Below, piece by piece: positions 52,435-64,000 of a stretch of 64,000 nucleotides of DNA (positions are counted from its first letter, which is position 1; each line of letters starts with the position of its first letter). The stretch comes from Octopus sinensis (Eukaryota): positions 54,250,001 to 54,314,000 of the forward strand of contig NC_043001.1 of the NCBI RefSeq assembly GCF_006345805.1, read 5' to 3'. The position numbers and the translations under genes are program-made. The notes under the pieces were generated by a model that did not search any database, was not told the origin of the DNA, and was given only the letters and a program-made list of their open reading frames with translations.

Positions 52435-52790
52435 GACAGGCTTCTTTCAGTTTCCACCCACCAAATCCACACTTCCAGTTCTATATTTAAGAGATGAAGA
52501 ATTATGAACATTATTTACATTTTTCGTTAGGAAGGAGAACCCAGGTTCGAAATTTCCTCAAGACATCTGATGAAGGCTGGAGGGTATATCAGCCGAAACC
52601 TTGTGTTAACAACAAACAAGATGAGGACAAATATCCGTCAAATGTAAATAATGTAAATAATATAAATAATGTAGAAGACACTTGTCCAAGGTGCCACGCA
52701 GTGGGGCTGAACCCGGAACCATGTGGTTGTTAAGCAAGCTACTTACCACACAGCCACACCTGCGCCTATCTCTCTATATGTGGTAAACTT
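52245..52790 (-). mobile_element. SINE family A interrupted by a hammerhead-bearing insert
   Basis: SINE sequence resumes on both sides of about 52471-52671. Confidence 0.85.
52562..52607 (+). ncRNA. Minimal hammerhead-like motif
   Basis: gacat CTGATGA a GGCTG gagggtatat CAGCC GAAA cc TT gtgtt: intact core, 5-bp stem II, and stem III one change from palindromic ACGT. Confidence 0.62.
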
Positions 52791-54663
52791 CGCCACCGAC
52801 GATGTGAAGATCTTAAAATTAACTTGAACCTCCTACTTGGCGGAAAAGAAGTTGTAGAAAGAATATCTAGGCTGACTGGCATGTGTAGTATACTCTCTTC
52901 TAATGGCGCTAGCAAAACTTATACCAGATTCGGCCTTCAACAAAAGTACCTTGTTTCCTTCGTCTCTATTTCTGGTTATCCTCTCTATGGTAGAACAGAC
53001 TCTGATGATACGACAGTGCATCTGTATATGGATGATATTAGCACTGATTGAAAATCGTTATACCATTTGGATAATGTGATTGCTGTGCAGCCGTTCCTTG
53101 GAGCGATTTTTAAGAAAGCAGCAAATTATTTAATGCTGGAATATCTTTATGAAAAGAAACGCAAACCAGCCTCATTGCTGTACAAGAATTGTTCTTTCTG
53201 AAATTGAATAAATTCATTGCGACTGTTATGCTACACCACGAAAAGTATATGATAAAGTCAATTTGATTGGTGTGTATCTTGTCTTTTAACCAGATCAGAA
53301 TGTATGCATGTAGCAAACCAATTTATCTGTGGCAGAATGAGATGCATGTACAATGTATGCATGCAAAATGTATGCATGTGGCAAGCCTTTTCTTTTGGAG
53401 GCATAAATGATGGAAACAATTTCAGAGAGACAATAGTATAAAAAGGAAGACTGCATTTGCTCGTGATCGTAATTTGAACTTTCCACTTAAATTAATTAAA
53501 ATCGGTTGATATGTCAATATCAGTAACTGGATCGCATGCCTGTATAATCACCAGCGGGTTACGTTAATCAAATGTTCTGCTAATAGTTACTTTACTAAAG
53601 AGAAATAATAAGCGACATACAGAGAAGGCGAGATAGAAAAGAAGGAGAAAACCGGGAAGTGACAAAGTTTTCGATGGGAAGCAGGAAAAGAGAATAATAA
53701 TAAAGAAGCGGCTCAGCAAAGGACTGACAGTAGAAAACGAGGTGAGAGTTACGCACAAAAGGAGATGGATTTTGGTATACATATACGCATATCTATGTAT
53801 GTATGTACGTATGCATGTATATATATATATATGCGTGTGTGTGTGTGTATGCATGTGCGTGAGAAATTTTGTGTATATATAAATTCCCAAATTCTCCTCC
53901 CCTAATTTCTTTGCGTATGTGTTTGTATGCAAACCTATATGTATGTATGTATGAATGCATGTTTGTACATACGTATGTATGTATATTTGTGTATGTCTAC
54001 TAACGTATATATACGCATATATATATATATATAGATAGATAGATAGATAGATATATATACATGTGTATGAATATATAAGTATGTATGTATGTATGTATGT
54101 ATGTATGTATGTATGTATGTATGTATGTATGTATGTATGTATGTATGTATGCGTAGGTGTGTGGTAAGATGTTTTGCATCTAGTTTTTTTTATTCGCAAA
54201 ACATGACATTTTGTAAAGGGAAGTAAAATATCTGAAAATCGGCTATAATAATGTAGCCTTTCAGTTTCATTGCTTTGAAGATATGGTGTTGTGGAGAAAA
54301 AAATTGAAGAAAAAGTTACAGAAGTTTAAAAGTCGAAAAAACTGGGTATTTTTAGCCAATAGCGAGACAGAAATTTTCTGCGTTTAGCGGAGCGGTGTCA
54401 ACTTTAAGGCTGTACCCTGTGAAATTTATTGTTTTGCATCTGACCTGTTCATTGTAGGTTTCTAAATAAACAGAAATACCTCATAAACTCACCATGCATC
54501 ATCTTACTGTCTCTTTTGTCTCTTCATTGATTGTATGTTTTTATCATATTTTTTTTAAAGTGTTATATTAATATATTTGTCTGCATGTTTTTATGCGTAT
54601 TTCAGTATTATGTATATCTGCCATGTATTTATGTACATCATTAATATATGAGTGCATATGTGT

Positions 54664-54697
<34 letters not shown>

Positions 54698-55589
54698 AGG
54701 AGAAAAGGGAGCTTCTGTATCCAAAACTCCAAAGTTGAGTAACGTTTTCATGCTTTGATTAGTAAACTACGATAAGAATAACAATGTGAGGTATACTTGC
54801 CATCTCAATATAGCTAACAACTAAGGGTGGGTGTTACTGTAGATTGTAGCCCCAGGAGAACATCGTCTCCAGCTGGCTTTAGGCACACTTTCTGTGCCCT
54901 TATGGGGTACCTCGTTCAGAAATTTATTATTGATAAGAATAACACTGGTTAGCAAAGAATTTATCCCAAGGAAAAGAATACCTGTATCTTATATGTTTTT
55001 GCCAGCAAAATTCAAAAATAATGTCAAATTATCTGTATCATCCACAGTTTCTCTATTCCACGATACCCCTCTCAGTTCCTGTGGGCTAAATTTCAGTTAA
55101 GCTGTTGAAATGTGAAGAAATACGCATGATTTAAATTTTTATGAATAGAATTAACCTAGTGAAATCATAAATCCAGCTATCTGAGACAATGAGTCCCAAA
55201 AATATATGAAATGAAAAATATGTAAAAATACTAACACACTGAAAAAGCACGGGAAAATACTAACACACAGAAGCACAGAAAAATATGTAATATACTAACA
55301 CAAAGGAAAAATTACAACATCTAGTGAAATCAACATAGGCAGCAGTGAACCGCAACACAGAGTGCGGTTGTCTTGGTAATAAGCTGCTAATGCCACGCAG
55401 CCTGTTGATTGGCTAAAATTACCCAAATTTCCCAAATTTAATTCCAACTAACGTCAGATTCTTTAATTTACGAGATAAAGTAATTAGTTGTTCGTAATCA
55501 AAATTCAGAGTTGCTTCGATACACCAAAAGTGAAATCAATCTGAGCAAAATTAATGGAGGGGGTGCTCATTTTGCATATGAGAAAGACT

Positions 55590-55950
55590 AGATCCGATGT
55601 TTGCTTTCCACCACATTGTTCACATTGTTCTAGGTTCAGTCACACAGCGTAGCACCTTGGGACAGCATCTTCTACTATAACCCCGGCCCGACAAAAGTTT
55701 TGTGAATGGACTTGGTAGACGGAAACTGAATAGATGTATATGTGTGTATCGGTGTGTATGTTTTTCTCTCTCTCTACCGCTTGACCACAAATGCTTATAT
55801 CTCCGAAACCTTGCGGTTCGGCAAAAGAAAACCGATAGAAAAAGTAGCAAGTTTTAAAAACCAAGTCTGGCAGTTGATTTGTTCGACTAAATTCTTTAAG
55901 GTGATGACTCCGCATGCCCACGAACCTTTGACTGAAACATATAAAAGGAA
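55590..55950 (+). mobile_element. Diverged SINE family A
   Basis: ggttcagtcacacagcgtagcaccttggg...gcggttcggcaaaagaaaccgatag...tttgactgaaac. Confidence 0.75.
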
Positions 55951-56784
55951 GATATGTATATATTGTTTGTGTGTGTATCTATACTTATTTGCACACTAGC
56001 ACGTGATGTGTCTGTTTATATGGATTTCTATTTTACTACCTAAAAATAGATGTGTTTAAATTACACAAATTTACCTTTGGACGTCTGTTCCATGTAAAGT
56101 CACGACCTACTCATATTTATATAATCTAGCCTTGAAGCGGCTTTCGAGCGGCATTCAAGCAAGCTCCTGCGGAGGGTACCTTTGAAGCCTTGGGGATCTA
56201 TTTTCCATGTTTCTTTTTTTTTCCATTTTATTCTGAAGATGAAAATTTGCGACACTTTCACGGAGTTATATATGCTTCCAAATTCACTGTAGTAATTAAT
56301 TCACTTCATATTTTTAAGCTTAAACCTCCATTCGTACTAAGCAAGTGAAATGTATGACTATCATAGCTATCATAATTTTTCCATCACTTCACCATTGCCG
56401 AAAATATATTAAAATGAGATTGAGATAAAATGAATAGGATCAATTTCATCTCAATCTCATTTTATCTTCTATTACAATTCTTTAGAGGGGATACTGTAAC
56501 CGGAACAAGAAGATTAGTTTGCCACCTAGACATAAGTTTCATAAGCTACAAAATATTAATATCCAGAGTACCACACTTGAAACGTATCTATTATAACATC
56601 TAATCTCGATTTGAATGTACGTGAAGGTATTTAGAATACCCAACCTTATTTCTGTAAATGTACTAAGCACTGAAGCTGATCATAGTTTAATCAATAAACG
56701 TAGGAGCGACGTAAATGTAGTAAAAATAAGGGGGTAGTAGTAGGGTTCCATTTATGTGGATCTTCAGAAATTGAACTTCCTTAC

Positions 56785-56864
56785 GATAATCCCTGGGAGT
56801 TCATGGTATGAAATGCATTGTCGTTGCTCCGATTTGGTTGCCAATGCCATGTATTTAGTTTAAA
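56785..56864 (-). other. Candidate spliced exon of an unidentified host gene
   Basis: Minus strand: branch point ctaac, pyrimidine tract ctatttttactgcAG, 80-nt exon, donor GTAAGG. The ATG at 56850 gives MALATKSEQRQCISYHELPGII (phase 0). No protein family recognised. Confidence 0.35.
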
Positions 56865-57489
56865 CTGCAGTAAAAATAGTGGGGTTAGTGGCACCCCAAT
56901 TAAGCGGCCCTTAAAAAAATAGACTGCCTTAGAGCATTCCCTGGGATTAGGGGAGTTGCTGGTTTGAATTTTGTTGTCCATGCACCAATGGTCTAGGAGG
57001 AGTTAACGAACATAAAAACGTAACGGACAGAGAAACATTACTCAAATTTATTTAAAGATATGTGTGTGTATGTGTGTGTGTGTTCATATTCGTTTTCCTA
57101 TCTCTGTTGGTTTCAATCAACATGTTAAACTTCCAGAAGCTGCTCATACATCTAGCAACACAAAAATTATTTTCAGTATAAATTTGATATTCAAATTGAT
57201 ACAAAAAACAAAATATAGGTGATTCCTTTCGAAATCATAAGTAGGTCATGAAATATGACATGAACCAAATTTGACACCACAGGCTGTTAAGGAACGCTCA
57301 GCAAATGGTCCAAATTTGGCACATAGGACTTTGCATCTCAGTAAACATTTCAAAGAGTACTAATTTCATCTAGCATTATTAATAAAACAACAAAACTGTT
57401 ATTTACAAATTATTTAACACAATGTCAGTCAAACCGAGTTGATTCGCTGGATGTCACTCGAAAACAGGGAATTTCATGAAATAATTTCT

Positions 57490-57800
57490 CTCTTTGTTCT
57501 AGTAAAGCCACAGGTTACATTCGCAGCACTTCACTTGATTACGTGCAAGACAGTTCTTGTATTTGCAGCGCTGTTGTTCAGGTTTGTACTCAGGTAGATG
57601 CCCACACCCATCAAGGATGACGTCGACCACTTGGGCTTTCCTACGGAAAACGGAAGGGACAGAAAGGGAGACAAAAACACGATACAAGGAACATTTGCAG
57701 CTGATTTTCTCAACTATCGGTTTCCGAAACATTTCATTGGTTTCACGCTATTTAAAACCAAGACCACTGTTATCTAATAGGAGCGCCAGAGCATAAAGCT
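57490..57800 (-). mobile_element. piggyBac transposase C-terminal (cysteine-rich domain) remnant
   Basis: FRKPIVE...GHLPEYKPEQQRCKYKNCLARNQVKCCECNLWLY*NKERNYF matches the piggyBac CRD pattern H-P...RC..C.....C..C.V.LC...RNCF. A TTAA at 57287-57290 is flanked by inverted ccaaatttg(a/g)cac-like motifs. Confidence 0.72.
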
Positions 57801-58425
57801 ACAGGGAAAGGTTGACGAGTGTGTGCAAGGAGAGGACAAAATAACATTTTTTGTACAATAAGAAATAATGACAAGATATAACAAAGAGTGGTGCATATAC
57901 AATAGAAAATGCCTTACGGTTATGCAAAGGGCAAAAGGAATAACTATACCTATACAGTACTAAAGCAATACAATACAAATAGAAAAAGCCTTTTCGGCTA
58001 TCAAGACAGACGTAGTGATGTAACGCAAAGAAATGGAAAAAGTCAGCATCAGGCCGAAAAAGAACGACGCGCAGTCACATGGTAGGAGAGAAGAAGTGTG
58101 GTGGGAGGACTAAGAAATGAGAGAGGCAAAGAAACAGGCAGAAGAGTAAAAGAGAGTGAAGAAGAGAGATGACAGGGTCCAAGGGAGGCGATTAAGAAGG
58201 GGGGGGAAGAAAAAAAGGAATAGAAGAAAGAAGAGAGGAAGACAGAGGTCAGAGTCGCACTACAAATATTCACGGAATATTTTTTAGAGTAAAGTAAACA
58301 AACGGGGTGACAAGGAATGGTACATATACAAAAAAAAATGCCTTACAGTTGTACAATAAGCAAAGAGGATTATTATACGTATACAGTACTAAACAATACA
58401 ATACAAACAGAAAATGTCTTTTCGG

Positions 58426-58456
<31 letters not shown>

Positions 58457-58619
58457 AAGAGAGAGAGAGAGAGAAATGAAAGAAAAGGGGATTAATGATA
58501 TTCTTTATTAAAACCACTACATTAGTTTCGACACATTCTTACACCAGTAGTACAGATGATATGTGCAATCATTATCTTACATCCATGTGATTGTTTAGAT
58601 AAGAACTTCGTTCCCCTTT

Positions 58620-58985
58620 TGGTATGAAGTTTGATTCCCAACCACATGTCACCGGGTTCAGTTCCACTGTGTGGAACCTTGGGCATGTGTCTTCTTCTAT
58701 AGCTTCGGGCCGACCAAAGCCTTGTGAGTGGATTTGGTAGATGGAAACTGAAATATATATTTGTGTGTTTGTGTCTGTTTGTCCCACCACCACTATCGCT
58801 TGATAACCGACATTGGTGTGTTTATGTCCCCGTAACTTAACGGTTCGGCAAAAGAAACCGAGAGAATAAGTACTAGGCTTGTAAGAGAATAAGTCCTGGG
58901 GTCGAATTGTTCGACGAAAACCTCTTAAGGTGGTGCTACAGCATGTCCGCAGTCAAATGACTGAAACAAGTAAAAGAATAAAACA
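58620..58985 (+). mobile_element. SINE family A
   Basis: Body and tail match the family. Confidence 0.88.
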
Positions 58986-58988
58986 ATA

Positions 58989-59382
58989 TCTTTATATATA
59001 AAAGTGAAGTTGTGTGTCTGTCTCCTACGATTTAGATTCCTAACTACTCCCACATTTTTCGGTGCAGTGTAACCAAAAGTGGGTATCTTATAGTCGTGAT
59101 TCATATCGAGCCCTTCTGGGTATTAGCGCACGTCTACGATGAGTCTACGATTTAAAAAAAATTTACCATCAATTTTTCACATTTTTAATGCATTTTCGCT
59201 CGGTTTATATAAGGGAAGTAACTCTCTAAAAATGTATTATTAAATTTCAGAACGTAAGAAGCTACAGTAACCCCCCCCCTTGTGGTTAGCCATATTGAAA
59301 TGGCTATTATACTTTACATCTCTAAAAATGCTTATATAGTTATTTCCCTTACAAACCCGAGCAACGCCGGGCGAGCTGCTAG
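58989..59382 (+). mobile_element. Non-autonomous Helitron
   Basis: 5' TC(tttatatataaaa), 3' hairpin cccgagcaacgccggg followed by CTAG, inserted between A and T, no TSD. Confidence 0.85.
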
Positions 59383-59564
59383 TATATATATAAATGTTTA
59401 GTTTTATTACAATAAGAACAGTTTTACATAAAGCTGAATGATTACTCAGTCCATTTTGTAGAGTACAAATTTAGCATTCTTTAACAAAAACAGTAAGGCA
59501 TGTATGTATGTATGTATGTATGTATGTATGTATTATGTATGTATGTGTGTGTGTGTGTATCGGC

Positions 59565-59726
<162 letters not shown>

Positions 59727-60119
59727 TTATCTCCGTATACGTCCAAAGGTACATGATTTTAAGTTTTTATTTTCATCTGTAGTTAAACATGTGGATTTCG
59801 TGGAGAAATAGATTAGGAGTAGACTTTTAAAATTAAATGTATATTCTGCTTCAATTATAATGCTATTTCCTCCTCTTAAAGTGCTAACTCTATTTTATCC
59901 TTCCTGAAATACACTTATTTGTGATTGCTGCCCTTACATCATTCCTACTGTAATTTAGAGATCACACGATTCATCTTAGTCACCGTTCATTCACGTTAAC
60001 TTCACCATTCCTAAATAAGTACCATCATAACAATTCCTTTCCAAGAGTTAGTATATACATTAATCTTGCCCAAACTCACTAAATCATTTCTTTTTTAATA
60101 GTTTAGAAAATGTCTTTCG

Positions 60120-60340
60120 TTTAGTCTTTTACTCTCTTACTTGTTTCAGTCATTTGACTGCGGTCATGCTGGAGCATCGCCTTTTTAGTCGAACAAATCG
60201 ACACCAGGGCTTATTTTTTGTAAGCCTATTACTTATTCTAACGGTTCCTTATGCCGAACCGCTAAGTTACGGGGACGTAAACACACCAGCACCGGTTGTC
60301 AAGCGATGTGGGGGAAACAAACACAGACAGACAAACATAT

Positions 60341-60384
<44 letters not shown>

Positions 60385-60535
60385 GACGGGCTTCTTTCAG
60401 TTTCCGTTACCAAATCTACTGACAAGGCTTTGGTCGGCACGAGGCTATAGTAGAAGACACTTGCCCAAGGCGCCATGCAGTGGGACTGAACCCGGAACCA
60501 TGTGGTTGGTAAGCAAGCTACTTACCACACAGTCA
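60120..60535 (-). mobile_element. SINE family A, full length
   Basis: Reverse complement of head, body and tail. Confidence 0.9.
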
Positions 60536-60882
60536 CTTCTGTTTTTTTGTTTGTTTTTTTCGCATCCACCACCTACTGCTCCTTCTGAGACTAGGTAGCT
60601 TCCGTTGGTTAGGATTGACTATGTATCTGCATCTGTTGGCGCCCACCTGGGTAAATATTTTTCTTTTGATTCTTCTTGTCTGTGCGTGTGTGACGTGAAC
60701 TGGCACATTTCCGTACGTGCAAGTCTCTTCTATCCACGTCACTGATTTTGCGTCCAAGAAAACTGCTGCTGCGTTGTGGCGAAGACAGTCAGACATCAGT
60801 TTTGTCGTAGACAGCATGATGGAACAGACCCTGCAAAGCTTCTCGTCAGACGCTCAGGAAAATCCACTAATCTACCGTTCTA

Positions 60883-60919
60883 GATTGATACACTTTTATT
60901 GTGCACGGGTTTCTATATA
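60883..60919 (-). promoter_or_regulatory. Candidate TATA + Inr core promoter
   Basis: Minus strand TATAGAAA (60917-60910) lies 31 nt before the A of TCAATC (60886), in a CpG-containing non-repeat segment. Confidence 0.25.
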
Positions 60920-61351
60920 ACGCGCTCTGACGACTCTGTTAATTTGCCTCGCAAATGTTTGAGACTAAGACAAATATAGAATAACATCTAATGATGGTCT
61001 AATAGAATTAAAATTATTGCAAACAACCAGCTTGAAACTTCTTTTCTAGTCAAAGTTGTCATAGAAGCATCAATAACACTTAATTCTTTTAATAAGATTG
61101 CTAAAACTTTAATATAAATGACAGATTAAAGATCTAAAATAATTTGCCAAGAATTTAATCGATTTCAGAGGTTAATGAAGTTTCTGTACGTCGTAAATAA
61201 ATATTGAAATTTCAGTAGATATCAAAACACTGGTATTAATTGAACTTTTGGACAGCTATTAAGTTTCGAAGAGTGTTCGATGCATCTGCAATCGTGATTA
61301 TAGTTTGCAACAGAACAGATTAGAAAAAGGAAGGAAGGAAGGAAGGAAAGA

Positions 61352-61428
<77 letters not shown>

Positions 61429-61879
61429 TTGGTGGCGGCGGCGGTGGTGGTGGTGGTGGTGGTGGTGGTGGTTGTAGTGATAGTGGTGGTCGTTGTGTTG
61501 GTGGTCCTCGTCGTGATCACCGGCAAGAGTAACATAACAATGAATAAAATATGACTGACCGTAGAATCACATCAAAACTATAAACATTTAGTAATCGCTC
61601 AACCTGCTAGAGGTAGTAGATAATTTTCCCTCAAGCTACACTTGACCATTTCATGGAAAGCAAACATACATTGCACAATATAGTCTTGAAAATATTTGAA
61701 AAATAAATGATTCATCATGGTTGACACTCTTTGTGACCGTACTTCGAATCACTTTGAATATTATTGAATTAGCTACAAACTCTCATCAAATGTGTTTATG
61801 CATTTGCTTTGCAAGATTTCTGATGTGAAATCGTGTGTTGTAAACAGATATTGTTATATTTGGTGATGGCCATAATTCT

Positions 61880-62113
61880 TTTTATTTCTTTATTGCCCAC
61901 AAGTGGCTAAACGCAGAGGGGACAGACAAGGACAGACAAAAGGATTAATTAGATTACATCAACCCCAGTGCGTAACTGGTACTTAATTTATCGACCCCGA
62001 AAGAATGAAAGGCAAAGTCGACCTCGGCGGAATTTGAACTCAGAACGTAACGACAGACGAAATACCGCTAAACATTTCGCCCTGCGTGTTAGCGTTTCTG
62101 CCAGCTCGTCGCC
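61880..62113 (-). mobile_element. SINE family B
   Basis: Near-identical to 13815-14049. Confidence 0.9.
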
Positions 62114-62200
62114 ATAATATTTTTTTTTCAAATTAATCACACGTACTATATACTTTGTCTTCGCTTCAGCTTTTTTATTATTCTTATTTTAGTGTCTTTT

Positions 62201-62243
62201 GTCTGAGATCTTTCGTCACACATCCTGTGACTTCTTCAGTGAC
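62201..62243 (-). ncRNA. Near-intact minimal hammerhead-like motif
   Basis: Minus strand: gtca CTGAAGA a GTCAC aggatgt GTGAC GAAAGATCTC agac. Palindromic AGATCT stem III, CUC cleavage triplet, stem I 3/4 bp. Confidence 0.65.
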
Positions 62244-62739
62244 TGTCTATCCAACGTGTCTACTCTCGCTCTGTTTAATCCATTATGGTTTTCTGCAGTG
62301 GGTATCCTTATCTATGCATGAACTAAACATCCCCAAATATAACAATGTCTTCATATACATTTTATTCCATGTCTCTGGCAGTAAAGTGTGACTATCACCA
62401 AATCACTATACTCTCTATAACCCAGTCCATCTAACTTTTAAATATGACATATATAGCTGAAACACTGTATATCTGATGAATGAGTCACATTCTGAACTCG
62501 AATGAGTCATAGTAAACACTCCAATGTATGTCTTCACTGACTTCACAATTTTTTGTAGATGGTCGCTAACTACAAGGTGGTTTTTGCTTTTTTATATGTT
62601 AATTGTTCATGTCTATTCCTTTTCAATATTGTACATCAATTTAATGAATCTCTCTCTCTCTCTCTCTCTCTCATATACACTTGTGCGTATGTGTTTGGAT
62701 ATGTGTGTAACTACTTTGGCATGTATGATAAAGGCTATG

Positions 62740-62781
62740 CTTCGCTGACGAAGTCTGATAACTGCGAAATATGTCCAGAGG
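62740..62781 (+). ncRNA. Decayed minimal hammerhead-like motif
   Basis: cttcg CTGACGA agtctgataactgc GAAA tatg TC cagagg: core and GUC triplet retained, stems degraded. Confidence 0.42.
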
Positions 62782-64000
62782 CGCCTGTTGTCTCCTACAC
62801 TATTCAAACAGTAATTTTCGAAGTAATGTATTTTTCTCGCTGCATAATTATTTTTAATCATGTTTTTATGCTTGCTGCATTAATTAACCCCAATATATTC
62901 CTACTCTAAATAAATATAGCAAACAGCAAGGCAACCACTGCATTATTCATTTACATATTATTTCCGATTATAGAAATCAGCAGTGGTTAATGAAGATTTT
63001 ATTAATACTAGGGAGTAGTAAATTTGCAAAATCATTAGAGCGTTGGAAAACAAATCTCCCACCCCTTACGTTCTAAGTTTAGATCCTGCCGACGTAATCT
63101 TTTCATCCGTTTCATCCCTTCAGGGCCCATAACAGGGGTCAATGTAATCAGCGAACATCCTTCCCTCAACCTGTAGACCTAGGTTGAAAACTATTATAAA
63201 CATTGCAATGTTATCAAAGATTTCTTTGGATTTGAGGATTTACTTGTGCAATATTCCTGGATTTGGGGATTAACGTGTGCAATGTTCCTGAAAATGAATA
63301 CTGTCCATATCTTTCAAAAGTCTAAAATTGCATTCACATCGTCCGGTAAAGCTTGCGTTTTTATGGTTAAAATTTAAATTCCTCTATACCAGTGAGAAAT
63401 AGTGGCCATCTTCATTTCATAAATATCACAATATCACTTCAGTAACTTCCAATAGCATCCTTGAGGGGGGAAAACTACAAATATTAGCAGAAACTCTAAT
63501 GTGTTTTCAGAACAAATAACTTCGGATGAATGTGTTTGTAGTTGGTTTAACAACCAAAATTAATTTCAGTTCAAATGGCTAGAGCATTATCGTGAAGATT
63601 TAAGAATTGAAATTAAACCTAAGATTAATAATTTTTAAATTAAGCATTTCGGTTGATTGATTCCTTTCCTTTTCTTTTTTTTTTCTTTTTTTTTGAGATG
63701 GTTGGCGTTTCTCACTTGTAATATGTTTCTCAAATGTGGATTCTCCGTTGGTCTCGATGATGAGCATACAGTTACTTGACCAAATAAATACTTACTGTGT
63801 AGTAGTTGAGTATTCCTCAGATAAGTCTATCCTTAATGTATTTCTCAGGCCGAATCGGTGTGACTTAATGCAGTAAGACTGAACTTAATGATTCCGTCAA
63901 GTCACTACTATCTTTCCTAATATATGGCATATACGAATTAAAATAACTTTCTTTTTATTATGTTTTAATCTTCCGAAGATTAATCTTAGTTGGGAGAAAT

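Noticed and set aside
52824-53051. HLYMDD as an RT motif
   Set aside because: An isolated hexapeptide with no flanking RT motifs.

Overview
This is eukaryotic, AT-rich, microsatellite-saturated DNA with no prokaryotic gene content. The recurring tRNA-derived SINE families resemble those I associate with octopod (coleoid cephalopod) genomes; that assignment is an inference. Almost all ORFs in the supplied track are translations of simple repeats. The recognisable coding sequence is transposon-derived: (1) a near-full-length but frameshifted R4/Dong-clade RLE non-LTR retrotransposon (5200-9420), inside a co-oriented cluster of at least five other Dong-like remnants separated by (AAT)n/(GAA)n tracts; (2) several Penelope-like (PLE) remnants with RT or GIY-YIG segments and inverted termini; (3) an internally deleted CR1-type LINE and RTE remnants; (4) Tc1/mariner, pogo/Tigger, piggyBac and Helitron derivatives. 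The most notable unexplained structures are: eight minimal hammerhead-ribozyme-like motifs of six sequence types, including a U3-A8 covariant core; a microhomology-flanked templated insertion copied from 2.7 kb away; a 46-bp pre-miRNA-like hairpin; and several long palindromes/foldbacks. No host protein-coding gene could be identified with confidence. There is only a weak candidate promoter and exon on the minus strand (about 56.8-60.9 kb).
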